A stretch of 64,000 nt of DNA from positions 25,796 through 89,795 of the forward strand of contig DLSM01000004.1 of assembly GCA_002500135.1 (NCBI GenBank), written 5' to 3'. The position numbers and the translations under genes were made by a program. Of this stretch, positions 47,953 through 57,537 are shown in pieces; the first letter of the stretch is position 1, and every line of letters begins with the position of its first letter. A model generated the notes under the pieces. The model was not told the origin of the DNA. It did no database searches and saw nothing but the letters and a program-made list of their open reading frames with translations. This stretch comes from Christensenella sp. UBA7862 (lineage in GTDB: Bacteria; Bacillota; Clostridia; Christensenellales; UBA1242).

Positions 47953-50900
47953 TTAATCACTTTTCTTTACATTACCAATAAATTGTTTTAAAAATTTTGC
48001 TGCAAGATTTCTATCTAACATTTCGTGTATTTTTTGATTCTCATAACTTCTCAAACAATTATAACATGATGGGTTACAATTACAACTTTCCATATTATTT
48101 AATGCAGATTTCATAATTTTATATAATACCATTCCATCTTCAGTAACCAATCTTCTTGAGTGTCCTGCACCGCCCGGCACAGCATCATAAATTATTATTG
48201 AATAATTTAATTTTCCCTGTATAATTTTTAAAGAAAGACAGGCTTTTATATCTTTTCTTTCAATATTCATACCTTTTGAAATTGCATATAGTATTGCATA
48301 CATGGTCGAAATCATAGTGTTGTAATCAGACGTATTGCAATCAAAACTTATTTTTACGACATCGGTATTAAATGTGTGATGAAGTGAATATCGATACAAT
48401 TCTTGACATTCGCATTTAAATTGACCATAAGAACTTTCGTGCTTGTTCGTCGTATAAATCTTATGCTTTTTATGTTTTTTATCTTTATTTGCTTCTTTAT
48501 CATCTACAATGTTTTCATCTTCTGCATATGCAAAACCACATCTAGGACAAACATAAAAATTATTTGAGGATTTAACCATCAAAGAATCATTGGTAGTGGA
48601 CTCTATTGTAACTTTAATATCATTATATAAGAAAGAGCGTTTTTCTATTGTTTTTGATTCAGTATTACCTATATAATAATCATCAGATTTATAATTTTTT
48701 TCTTGTCTAGATAATGGGACCTCTTTTGCCTCTCTTTCTGTCATAAATCCGGAACGTGGTTCAATGCTTTCATTGTAATCACGGGGAAAAAGCAAATTTC
48801 CACAAGAAGAACATTTAACCCCTGTTTCTGGGATAGGAACAACACTATAATTAACACACTGACATTCTGGATTATTGCAAATTCCAACATATGCGGTATA
48901 CCATTCTTTATGATTATTGCCAATATTTGTTTTCTTTATATATCGACTGGTATATAGTTTTCCATCTGCAACAATCTCTGATGACGGGGCATATTCTGCA
49001 ATCGCTATAGACAAATCCCTACTAAGCCTTAATTTATTTAAATTTCCAGCGGTTGTATTTTGCTCTAATTCCACTGTGTCTACAGGAAACCCATATCTAG
49101 GCAAAATATTACCTCTTGCTAAGAAATCAATAAGTTTATTATTTTTGTAATTTTTTAATTTTCTTTCACATCTTGTTGCTTTTTCCAAATCATCTTTTTT
49201 GTATTTTTTTATGGACTCTTCAAATTCTTTTATATTATTCTCATATTCTCGTAAAAGTAGTGTAAAGCTTCCCTCTTCACCAATAAAAGAATCTAGCCAT
49301 TGAAAGGTTTGTAAACCAAGTCTGTTGTGTAATCCATTTACATCTGGGATAGACCGTTTCAACATATCGGTAAGTCTATTAGGTTTGCTTTTTAACCAGT
49401 CAATAAATAATTGATAATTTTTCTCATTTATAAATTTATCCGAATTGTTGTGATCATACAAATCGGGATGATCGGCAAAAAACATACTTAAAGAAATTGC
49501 ATATATATGCCTTCTTACAATCTTTTCATTATCAACCTTGAATAATGGTGGTAATATTATACCACTAATCATTTTGTTTGGTTCTCTAAAAAATGACAAA
49601 TCATGGGAACTTAATTTAGCAAATGTTAGTGCATAAGCAGCCGCATTCACACTTCTTCCTGCTCTACCTGCTCTTTGTGCATAATTGGATGGCAAAGGTG
49701 GAACATCTCTTAAAAATACCGTTTCAAGGTCACCTACATCGACACCCATTTCAAAAGTTGTTGAACATGATAAAGCATTAATCTCTTTTTTAATAAACTC
49801 CTCTTGATATGTAGCACTTTCTTTTTTGCTTAATTGTGCTGTATGTTCTTTAATGAACAAAGGAGACATTTTATCGCTAAAATAAAGTTTAGCAAAGTGA
49901 TTATCTTCTCTCAGTTTTTGAGGCTCTATCGCTATCACTTGTTCTTCACATTTAACCGTAGTACATTTACCAACCATATTATAAGGGGAAACTTTACCGC
50001 ATTTTGTACACTTATACCATTTTATTGTAGGATCATTTGCTATCTTAACTTGTAAATATTTCGCAGGTAATACGTAGGTACCATCCTTATTCTTATCAAC
50101 CATACAATACTCATTACCACATTCAGGTTTAGTTAAATAATCGAAAAACTGATCCAAAAACTCAATTGCACAATTATTATCTATTTTCAAAAAATGAGTT
50201 ACATAATACAGTTTATTGGTTCTAAAGTAATCATTTTCTTTTCCGTTCTTATGTTTTGGCATCCAAGACGAAATGGTAGTTTTAGGAGAAACTTGTTCTT
50301 CTTTAGAAATAAACCTTTGAGATGGAGTATAAAATATATACTCTCTATCATTATCATCAATATCGGTATCAGAATCTGTACAGACTGCACCTGTTTTAAT
50401 TATTTCAAAAATAAGTAAATTTAACAAATTTTTAACACAATCATTATCTGTATCGTATTTTTGCGATATAGCATTTATAATTTCATCATTAATACCAAGA
50501 TAGGTAAATTGTAATACGCCTAATGACATTAAAGATGTAGATGAATTGAAACGAGCTAATTCGTTTAACATTGCCACCCAAGCATTTTTATTGCTAACTG
50601 CAGTTAAATTACTTATATCGCTATTAGATTGAGCAAAACTTCTTTTGTTAGAAAAATAAGCAGTTAATTTTTTAACGAAATCAGATATAGTAAATGAATT
50701 TTCAATTATTAAGTTTGAATTTTCTTTAATTATTTGACAGATTCCACGACGACGTAAAAATTCATTATAACTTTTGCTCAAATAACATGCAAACTTAGCA
50801 GCTTCTTGTCTACTATCAGAAAATGCCAAAAATTGTCTTCCCGTCTTTTTTGCTTTCTTTTTATTAGCAAGGACTGCGTTGGTAAATATATTAGTAGATG

Positions 50901-52758
50901 TTTTTGTATCAATTTCATCTTCCTCATAAGTTATTTCCGGAAGTTCTTCATACAATGCTGTTGCTAGGACCGATGTTGCTGCATCATTTCCTAAATATAA
51001 TCTTTTATAGACTCCTCTGTGACAATTTCCACACCTTGCACCCAACTTTAATTGATTTGCCTTTATAATTTTTATATAATCATTTTTATTGCAATCACAT
51101 GGTAAATTTTTAATTCTATTTTCTTCTACAATTGCACCGCAATGAGGGCAAAGGTAATAATATTCCTTTTTTGTTTTTTCATCAGTTTCTTCTTCTATTT
51201 CATCATTATTGTCTTGTGTTAAATAAAAATACTCTACACTTTCATCTAATTTACCAACTTGTTCTAAATGGTTATTGTCTATTTTCCCAACAATAGAATA
51301 CTTGCCGCATTCATCACATACAGCAATTTCAAACACCGCATATTGAGAGTTGTTTTCATAACATGTTTTTTGTCTCGTTAAAAACAATTTTCCATTTAAT
51401 GATAAATAACATCCTTCAAGACTTCTTATAAAATAATGATATCTAGCATCAACCAGTGATTTATTATTTTTTTGAGCCCTAGTACATAGAGAAATAAAGG
51501 CGGTTGCTGTATTTGAGTCAAGATTTAATAACGATTGTACGTCTTGGACTGTACACACCTTTTCAATATTTGCCCGCATTGTATTATATAATTCTGAATC
51601 TACAACAAAATCATATAGGAGTTCGTTTTCAGATAAAGAATCATCACTTTTAAATCCATAACTTTTCAAAACATCTGAAACTTTATTTTGCTCATTCGCT
51701 AAATCCACTATCAATTCTTTAGGATATTTTTTTTGCGTGTCACTTGGAATAAATGATTGTCTTTCAGCTCTAATAATATTATCTTTATTGAACTTTTCAC
51801 CACACAAATTTTCTGCGAATTTAATAATGTCGTCATCAGAATTTTTACCGTTACCAAGGGTAGCACTTGTAAGAATAAATTGAGTTTCTTTTGTTGATGT
51901 AATTCTTGCTTTCAACCTTCTTAATAAAATTGAGGTTTCTATTCCTGTTGCACCAGCATATACATGGGCTTCATCTAGCACAACAAAGCGAAAATCTGAT
52001 TTAGAAAATAAAACATCATCCTTAGGTCTAAATAATAAATGCTCTAACATTGCATAATTAGTAAACAAAATGTTGGGTGGATTGTTTTTCATTTCATCTC
52101 TTGACAACAATTCATTAGGTAATCTATGTCTAAGCTCGGGAATAGGTTCAGTAGCGAACATAGATTCGTAAACAGATATAGCATCTTCTTCGTTATTTTC
52201 TGTTCCTCCATTATAGACGCCAAAAGTAATTTTAGGGTAAAACATTAATATTTTTCTAAGATTTTTCATTTGGTCATTAGCCAAAGCATTCATTGGGTAA
52301 ATAAATAAGGCTCTAACTCCAGGTCCCAAAGTGTCATTTTCAATTTCTCTCAACAACTCATTTAATACCGGAATAAGAAAGCAATTTGTTTTACCACTAC
52401 CAGTACCAGTCGATACAACCGCATTATTTCCGCTTTCAATTGTTCTTATCGCTTTCTCTTGATGTAAATATAGTGGACGATCTAAAGGTAGATTCTTTTT
52501 ATATAGACGGCTATTGGGTTTCTTTGATTCTAAATCTCTATACAATGGCGACAACACTCCAAGATCAATCAGTTGATTAATAGATTTGCCAGTTTTAAAT
52601 ATATCATTTATTTCAAGCCATGGACCGTTTGCAATTTTTAATTCGAGTTCTTTGCAAAATTGTTCCCTTAAATTTTTGTCTGCGAATGAAAAAGAAGTTG
52701 AAATATAACTTACAAATTCATCTTTAATATTCTTTGACGCTTTAACAGGATTAAACAC
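47953..52758 (-). CDS. 1601-aa superfamily-2 DEAH helicase fused to a C-terminal DUF1998/MrfA-type zinc-binding domain (DruE-like)
   Basis: Helicase motifs, in order:
- motif I TGTGSGKT (residues 117-124)
- motif Ia IYPMNALANDQ
- motif II DEAH (262-265)
- motif III SAT (298-300)
- motif IV FLAFSDSR (643-650)
- motif V TTFEMGVDVGD (1000-1010)
- motif VI QRAGRAGR (1028-1035)

The C-terminus has CPRCG (1404-1407) ... AVPGGAGHSRRL ... CNCNPSCYNCLRSYENQKIHEMLDR (1559-1582), the DUF1998 signature. The start is GTG with GGAGG 6 nt upstream. It overlaps the stop of the upstream gene by 8 nt. Confidence 0.7.
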   Translation of the reverse strand: MFNPVKASKNIKDEFVSYISTSFSFADKNLREQFCKELELKIANGPWLEINDIFKTGKSINQLIDLGVLSPLYRDLESKKPNSRLYKKNLPLDRPLYLHQEKAIRTIESGNNAVVSTGTGSGKTNCFLIPVLNELLREIENDTLGPGVRALFIYPMNALANDQMKNLRKILMFYPKITFGVYNGGTENNEEDAISVYESMFATEPIPELRHRLPNELLSRDEMKNNPPNILFTNYAMLEHLLFRPKDDVLFSKSDFRFVVLDEAHVYAGATGIETSILLRRLKARITSTKETQFILTSATLGNGKNSDDDIIKFAENLCGEKFNKDNIIRAERQSFIPSDTQKKYPKELIVDLANEQNKVSDVLKSYGFKSDDSLSENELLYDFVVDSELYNTMRANIEKVCTVQDVQSLLNLDSNTATAFISLCTRAQKNNKSLVDARYHYFIRSLEGCYLSLNGKLFLTRQKTCYENNSQYAVFEIAVCDECGKYSIVGKIDNNHLEQVGKLDESVEYFYLTQDNNDEIEEETDEKTKKEYYYLCPHCGAIVEENRIKNLPCDCNKNDYIKIIKANQLKLGARCGNCHRGVYKRLYLGNDAATSVLATALYEELPEITYEEDEIDTKTSTNIFTNAVLANKKKAKKTGRQFLAFSDSRQEAAKFACYLSKSYNEFLRRRGICQIIKENSNLIIENSFTISDFVKKLTAYFSNKRSFAQSNSDISNLTAVSNKNAWVAMLNELARFNSSTSLMSLGVLQFTYLGINDEIINAISQKYDTDNDCVKNLLNLLIFEIIKTGAVCTDSDTDIDDNDREYIFYTPSQRFISKEEQVSPKTTISSWMPKHKNGKENDYFRTNKLYYVTHFLKIDNNCAIEFLDQFFDYLTKPECGNEYCMVDKNKDGTYVLPAKYLQVKIANDPTIKWYKCTKCGKVSPYNMVGKCTTVKCEEQVIAIEPQKLREDNHFAKLYFSDKMSPLFIKEHTAQLSKKESATYQEEFIKKEINALSCSTTFEMGVDVGDLETVFLRDVPPLPSNYAQRAGRAGRSVNAAAYALTFAKLSSHDLSFFREPNKMISGIILPPLFKVDNEKIVRRHIYAISLSMFFADHPDLYDHNNSDKFINEKNYQLFIDWLKSKPNRLTDMLKRSIPDVNGLHNRLGLQTFQWLDSFIGEEGSFTLLLREYENNIKEFEESIKKYKKDDLEKATRCERKLKNYKNNKLIDFLARGNILPRYGFPVDTVELEQNTTAGNLNKLRLSRDLSIAIAEYAPSSEIVADGKLYTSRYIKKTNIGNNHKEWYTAYVGICNNPECQCVNYSVVPIPETGVKCSSCGNLLFPRDYNESIEPRSGFMTEREAKEVPLSRQEKNYKSDDYYIGNTESKTIEKRSFLYNDIKVTIESTTNDSLMVKSSNNFYVCPRCGFAYAEDENIVDDKEANKDKKHKKHKIYTTNKHESSYGQFKCECQELYRYSLHHTFNTDVVKISFDCNTSDYNTMISTMYAILYAISKGMNIERKDIKACLSLKIIQGKLNYSIIIYDAVPGGAGHSRRLVTEDGMVLYKIMKSALNNMESCNCNPSCYNCLRSYENQKIHEMLDRNLAAKFLKQFIGNVKKSD

Positions 52759-55489
52759 TTTTCACCTCCAATAAGAAATAATCTATCCCTTTTGTTCTTT
52801 GTCCATTAAGTTTTGTTACGATATTAGTTTTTTTCTGATAATCCAAAGTAAACTCACTATCGTATTCAAATTCGCCATCTAAGTCTTCTAACCCGTAGCC
52901 TAAATAACAAGAATTGTAAGTCCTCATTTCTATTCTGACTGGATTTATCCTGACCAGATTTCCAACTTCATTTTTCATATAATCTAAATATTTATTTTCT
53001 TCAAATATACTTTTTACAAAAAGGCATCCAGAATAATAATCAAAGCCATCTTTCGTTCCCAAATATTTTATAGCATCAATAAAAATAGGCTTAATTTCTG
53101 TTTCTTCATTGGAATCAAATAACATCACTGATTTTATTGTGAAAAATTTATTATTATATTTAAAGTTCTTTTCGTTGCCTAAAATTATCTTTTTTTGAAA
53201 CAAGAGTTTTTCTCTTTTTAAAAAACCTTGATCTATTGAATATAATTTTACTTCATAATAACCATCACAAAATTGAGATAGGTCTATTCTTTTTTGGGTT
53301 TTATCACACAAAATCATAGTAATCTTTTTTGATTCGTTATATAGATCAATTCGAAATTTTACATCAGCATCACCTACATAATATGCAGGCAACCAAATCA
53401 GTTCTTTACTTTCACTGTTCAGATATAATGGGTCACTTATTACTTGTTCTTTAGTATAAATAGTTATAATCTTGTATAATTGATTATTTATTTTTGCATA
53501 AACAATTACATTATTTTCATTCTCACACATACTAATTGCATAAATATATTGTCCAAGTTTATATTCATAACAATTTTTACCTTTTTCAAGAAATGAATTG
53601 TTGACACAAATTTCGCATGTTAAATCTGATGGCACATCAACATACAATGTAGAAGTATTATTAATAGATTTATACCAAATACCATTATCATTTTGGCCAT
53701 AGTTCCAATTGTTCTCGTCAATTTTCCATTTAAATACTGGTATTTTTACAAGAAATTTTCCTTCATTATATTCAACTTGAAGTCCATCTTCTTTTGCATT
53801 AAATTGTTTTTTTATATTTTTACCATCACAAATAAACTCAACATTACCAACAGAGTTGTTTCCATAATACAAATTTTTGTCAAAAATCAATACAATACTA
53901 TTAAATTTTACAAACGATACTGAACAAATAATTGAATTGTCACTATATTTGAAAATTGAAATTTTTTGCGGTTCTCCTGAATTAGCCAAACTAGATAATA
54001 AAAACCTATTACCCATACCAGCTACTTCTTGTTTAAATTCATTTAGTCTGAATGCAGCATCTTCATATCTTACTCCAAAATCTTTTGTATCAACATTAGC
54101 ATTAACATGCAAATATAACTCACCTTCAATTATTTTATATTCTTCATTATTGTATTGATACACTAAATCTTGTCTTTCTTTTGCATGGAAATATACTTCT
54201 CGCTCGCATTTTTCATCGACAAAGAATATAGTTTTTTTATCAGTTTGAATTAAATCACCTACATTTGTTTCGATACTAAAAGTATTAAAACTTATTTTGT
54301 GAATATCTTTGGGGTATCTATATAGTTTCGTTAAATTTTCACAATATAAAATATATGTCCCTAATGTACACTCATCGTTATTTATTTCTTTCTCATCCTT
54401 AAATAGCAAAAAATCCCTTTCTAAACACTTCTTGGAATCATAGATAACTTTATCACAATGAGTAATTTTCATCGTTAGTTGACTTATATTTTTAAACTTG
54501 CTTATATTTAAATTAATTGGTACAGTAGCCATAAGTATCCCAGAGCCTTTAAGGGGCATAATTGTTTCATAGATACATTCATCTCCAGTAAACAGAGACA
54601 AATATGGTTCAATATCAATGTTACTTTTTAATCTAATAGAAGGGATTGATAAAACAACAGAATCATCATCTAAAACATATCTTGGTTTTATTTGCGAATA
54701 ATCAGAAATTACAACATCCCTTTTATTATACGATTTATTTTTAACACCAAATAAAGATTCTTTTCTCATCCACCAATCTTTTATTAATGTATATAAATAT
54801 TTTCCATTTTCTATTGGAACACTGTTAAATAATGAATTTATAGTTTTAATTGTCTCATTGAGCAAATATTTCATCATTTTTTGTTGATCTAGCACCAAAC
54901 CTTTAATACCTGCTCTAAAAGAATACACTTGACTGCCAACTTGAAATGGCTCATCTTCATTATTTTCACCAACAAAATAATTATGCAAACTTGTTATGAT
55001 CATTTCAATTGAATTGTCATTTTCTTCGTAACTTTGATTTAAGTCATTGCAATAGATGTCCCAACACATATCAAAGAAAGATTCTATTGAAGATTTAGGA
55101 GCAAAAGAGTGGCTACATATAGTAGCATAATATTTTTTTGTAAAAGAATTTAGTGAAAATATTTTTCTTTCCGTCAATTTATTTATTGCATTTATTATTT
55201 GATTATATATCTTTCCAGGCAAAGGCAAATATCCTAAAAGTTTTTTAGATATGTAATCAAAAAAAGCATCTTCTTCAGAAATCCATTCTTTAGCTAAATT
55301 TACCATTGCAACAAAAACCAAATCATAATCCATAGGAGATAATACCTCTCCTCTTTCTGCAGCAATATAACGTAATTTTAATCCAATATATTGATAGATT
55401 TCATTTAGTTCATCTGATGTAAAAATATAATTACCTACAAACGGCTCTTGAATGGCTTCAGATATTTTATTCTTCAAGGCTTCTTGCAC
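52751..55489 (-). CDS. 912-aa protein of unknown function, translationally coupled to the helicase (possible DruH-like partner)
   Basis: GTG start with AAGGAG 7 nt upstream. I see no catalytic or nucleotide-binding motif. Composition is N/K/Y/I-rich and looks beta-rich. Size and position, immediately 5' of a DUF1998 helicase, fit the DruH-DruE arrangement. This is inference only. Confidence 0.4.
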   Translation of the reverse strand: MQEALKNKISEAIQEPFVGNYIFTSDELNEIYQYIGLKLRYIAAERGEVLSPMDYDLVFVAMVNLAKEWISEEDAFFDYISKKLLGYLPLPGKIYNQIINAINKLTERKIFSLNSFTKKYYATICSHSFAPKSSIESFFDMCWDIYCNDLNQSYEENDNSIEMIITSLHNYFVGENNEDEPFQVGSQVYSFRAGIKGLVLDQQKMMKYLLNETIKTINSLFNSVPIENGKYLYTLIKDWWMRKESLFGVKNKSYNKRDVVISDYSQIKPRYVLDDDSVVLSIPSIRLKSNIDIEPYLSLFTGDECIYETIMPLKGSGILMATVPINLNISKFKNISQLTMKITHCDKVIYDSKKCLERDFLLFKDEKEINNDECTLGTYILYCENLTKLYRYPKDIHKISFNTFSIETNVGDLIQTDKKTIFFVDEKCEREVYFHAKERQDLVYQYNNEEYKIIEGELYLHVNANVDTKDFGVRYEDAAFRLNEFKQEVAGMGNRFLLSSLANSGEPQKISIFKYSDNSIICSVSFVKFNSIVLIFDKNLYYGNNSVGNVEFICDGKNIKKQFNAKEDGLQVEYNEGKFLVKIPVFKWKIDENNWNYGQNDNGIWYKSINNTSTLYVDVPSDLTCEICVNNSFLEKGKNCYEYKLGQYIYAISMCENENNVIVYAKINNQLYKIITIYTKEQVISDPLYLNSESKELIWLPAYYVGDADVKFRIDLYNESKKITMILCDKTQKRIDLSQFCDGYYEVKLYSIDQGFLKREKLLFQKKIILGNEKNFKYNNKFFTIKSVMLFDSNEETEIKPIFIDAIKYLGTKDGFDYYSGCLFVKSIFEENKYLDYMKNEVGNLVRINPVRIEMRTYNSCYLGYGLEDLDGEFEYDSEFTLDYQKKTNIVTKLNGQRTKGIDYFLLEVKSV

Positions 55490-55708
55490 TATTTTTCTCC
55501 TTTTGTAAATTTAAACAGTACTACTTACTAAATAATGAATACTAAGACTAAACTGACAAAAATTTTTCTTTGATAAACAGGGATTTTAGGCTGATTCCCC
55601 ATACTTTTTCCTAGAATTTTTGACAGTCTGTTTTAATCGATGATTTGTGATCTTTTTACCTCTTTAATAATTCGTTTATTTATAATAGAAATTTCTTTAA
55701 CATTGTGA

Positions 55709-57529
55709 TTAAGCGGAAATTTGTTTTGTCCATATATCTAAGCATTTTGCTATATGAGCTTTCCACTCGTTTGAGCCAGACAAACCAGATATGTCTAAGC
55801 AAGAATCATAAAATCCTTTTAATAACAAATGTGAGAATTTTTTACCTTTGTCTAATAATTTCTTTATTATTTCCAAAATTTTAATCATTTGAGAAATTGT
55901 TATAGGTATAATTTTTTGAGATTTGCCTTCATACTCATACTTAACTGCCATAAAAAACGTATTAATTGTATCAACATGAATACTAGGCGCTACAAACAAA
56001 CAATACCCGGGCTTATCCAAATGAGAGTTCTCATAATTCCTTAAATGTCTCATCACAGGTTGTCCCTCATTAAACCATTGATCTCTATTTGTTAATGTTG
56101 TTACTTCACAAATTGAAACAAAATTATTATAAATACATTCAATATCAGCAACACCACTTGGTGCAGTATATATAGGCTCATTGTCATCACCAACTGGTGC
56201 ATTAGGATGAATTTCTTCTGCATCATTAATAATGTTCAATGCAACATTAGTCCATTTTTCCAACTCAATAGAATACTTTTTTGCAAGATTTGCTCTATTA
56301 TGAGTAATGATGTCATTTAATGAGTTTACTGCCTCATTTATTTTTTCTGTATGTTGATGATATTCTTGTTTTAATACCAAGTTTTGTAATTCTGTCCTAT
56401 AATTTCTAAGTATTTTGATTTCCTCTTTTAAGTCATTTAAGTGTATGTTAATTGTTTTGTGTTTAATTCCTAACTGCATTTCTAATTCATAAATCTCTTG
56501 TGTAATTTCATTATGAATGGTTGTTAATTTTTCAGGGGTTTCAAATGGTTTGATATATGAATTATATGTCCCCATGTAATTAATCCATTGTTCTCTTGAG
56601 TAATTTTTAGCTGATCCATTATCTGTTTCTAAGATAGAATTAATTTCTGTCATTCGTCTAGGCTCTAAGTCAATATATGTGTTGTTATACTTGCCTCTAA
56701 TATAAATGTATTTTGTTAAACGAATGTACCTTATCATATTGTCGGTATATTCCTTAATATTGTGTTCCGGTCTAACAAAATTCTTTAAGTATTCTTTTGT
56801 AAAATTATTAATAAAATTTTCTTGTTGATCATTTGGGATAGATATAAGATTTTTTCTAAATTCAATAATTGTTTTCGCAACTAAATCGACATCTTGAAAT
56901 GATTTCATAGATAGGCAAAAAATACCAAATTCTGTTTTTGTTATTCCTTTTGCAGACATATTATTTTCTTCACATAATTCATTTACTCTCTTAATAAGTC
57001 TGAGTGTATTAATAAAAGGTTTCGTGTTCCAATCTCTATAAGAACTTTCTAATGGATTTGGATATTGATATTTTAACAAACAATCCAGCATGAAATCTTC
57101 AAAAGAAATTTCATTATTGCATAACTTTTTCCCTACAGATGAAATCGTTATATATTTTATTCTTGAATTGTCATCTTTAGGGATCATAAAAACTAAACCT
57201 AATTTAACAAGGGGACTCATAGACTGCCTACCTCTCATTGGCGGCTCTTTATAACCTTTGCTATAAAAAATATCTTCCGCTTGCAAAAAACTCATCTTAA
57301 TTTCTTTATTTCTCAATAATTCACATTGTTTGTTATTTAAATTATTATAGATTTGTGAATTATCTGGATCACATAGATATAAACGATTTTTGATTAACAG
57401 AATTTGAAATTTTTCCTGATTTTCATTTGTCCATGCTTGCCCCTCTAACTCTTGCGCCGTTTTTAAAAATCCAATTATTCTTTCAGCCTCTCTTACTGTT
57501 GTACTCATACTCCAAAGCTGTTCTGCCAT
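55709..57529 (-). CDS. AlwI/BstNBI/MlyI/PleI-family Type IIS restriction (or nicking) endonuclease
   Basis: 606 aa. Three stretches parallel my recollection of N.BstNBI:
- LLKYQYPNP parallels LVKWQYPS.
- ADIECIYNNFVSICEVTTLTNRDQWFNEGQPVMRHL parallels PDMEIIYEDFIVLGEVTTSKGATQFKMESEPVTRHY.
- YCLFVAPSIHVDTINTF...IIPITISQ parallels YCLFIAPEINKNTFEEF...IIPLSLKQ.

The SD AGGAGG overlaps the end of the methylase gene. Confidence 0.75.
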   Translation of the reverse strand: MAEQLWSMSTTVREAERIIGFLKTAQELEGQAWTNENQEKFQILLIKNRLYLCDPDNSQIYNNLNNKQCELLRNKEIKMSFLQAEDIFYSKGYKEPPMRGRQSMSPLVKLGLVFMIPKDDNSRIKYITISSVGKKLCNNEISFEDFMLDCLLKYQYPNPLESSYRDWNTKPFINTLRLIKRVNELCEENNMSAKGITKTEFGIFCLSMKSFQDVDLVAKTIIEFRKNLISIPNDQQENFINNFTKEYLKNFVRPEHNIKEYTDNMIRYIRLTKYIYIRGKYNNTYIDLEPRRMTEINSILETDNGSAKNYSREQWINYMGTYNSYIKPFETPEKLTTIHNEITQEIYELEMQLGIKHKTINIHLNDLKEEIKILRNYRTELQNLVLKQEYHQHTEKINEAVNSLNDIITHNRANLAKKYSIELEKWTNVALNIINDAEEIHPNAPVGDDNEPIYTAPSGVADIECIYNNFVSICEVTTLTNRDQWFNEGQPVMRHLRNYENSHLDKPGYCLFVAPSIHVDTINTFFMAVKYEYEGKSQKIIPITISQMIKILEIIKKLLDKGKKFSHLLLKGFYDSCLDISGLSGSNEWKAHIAKCLDIWTKQISA

Positions 57530-57537
57530 ATTTCCTC

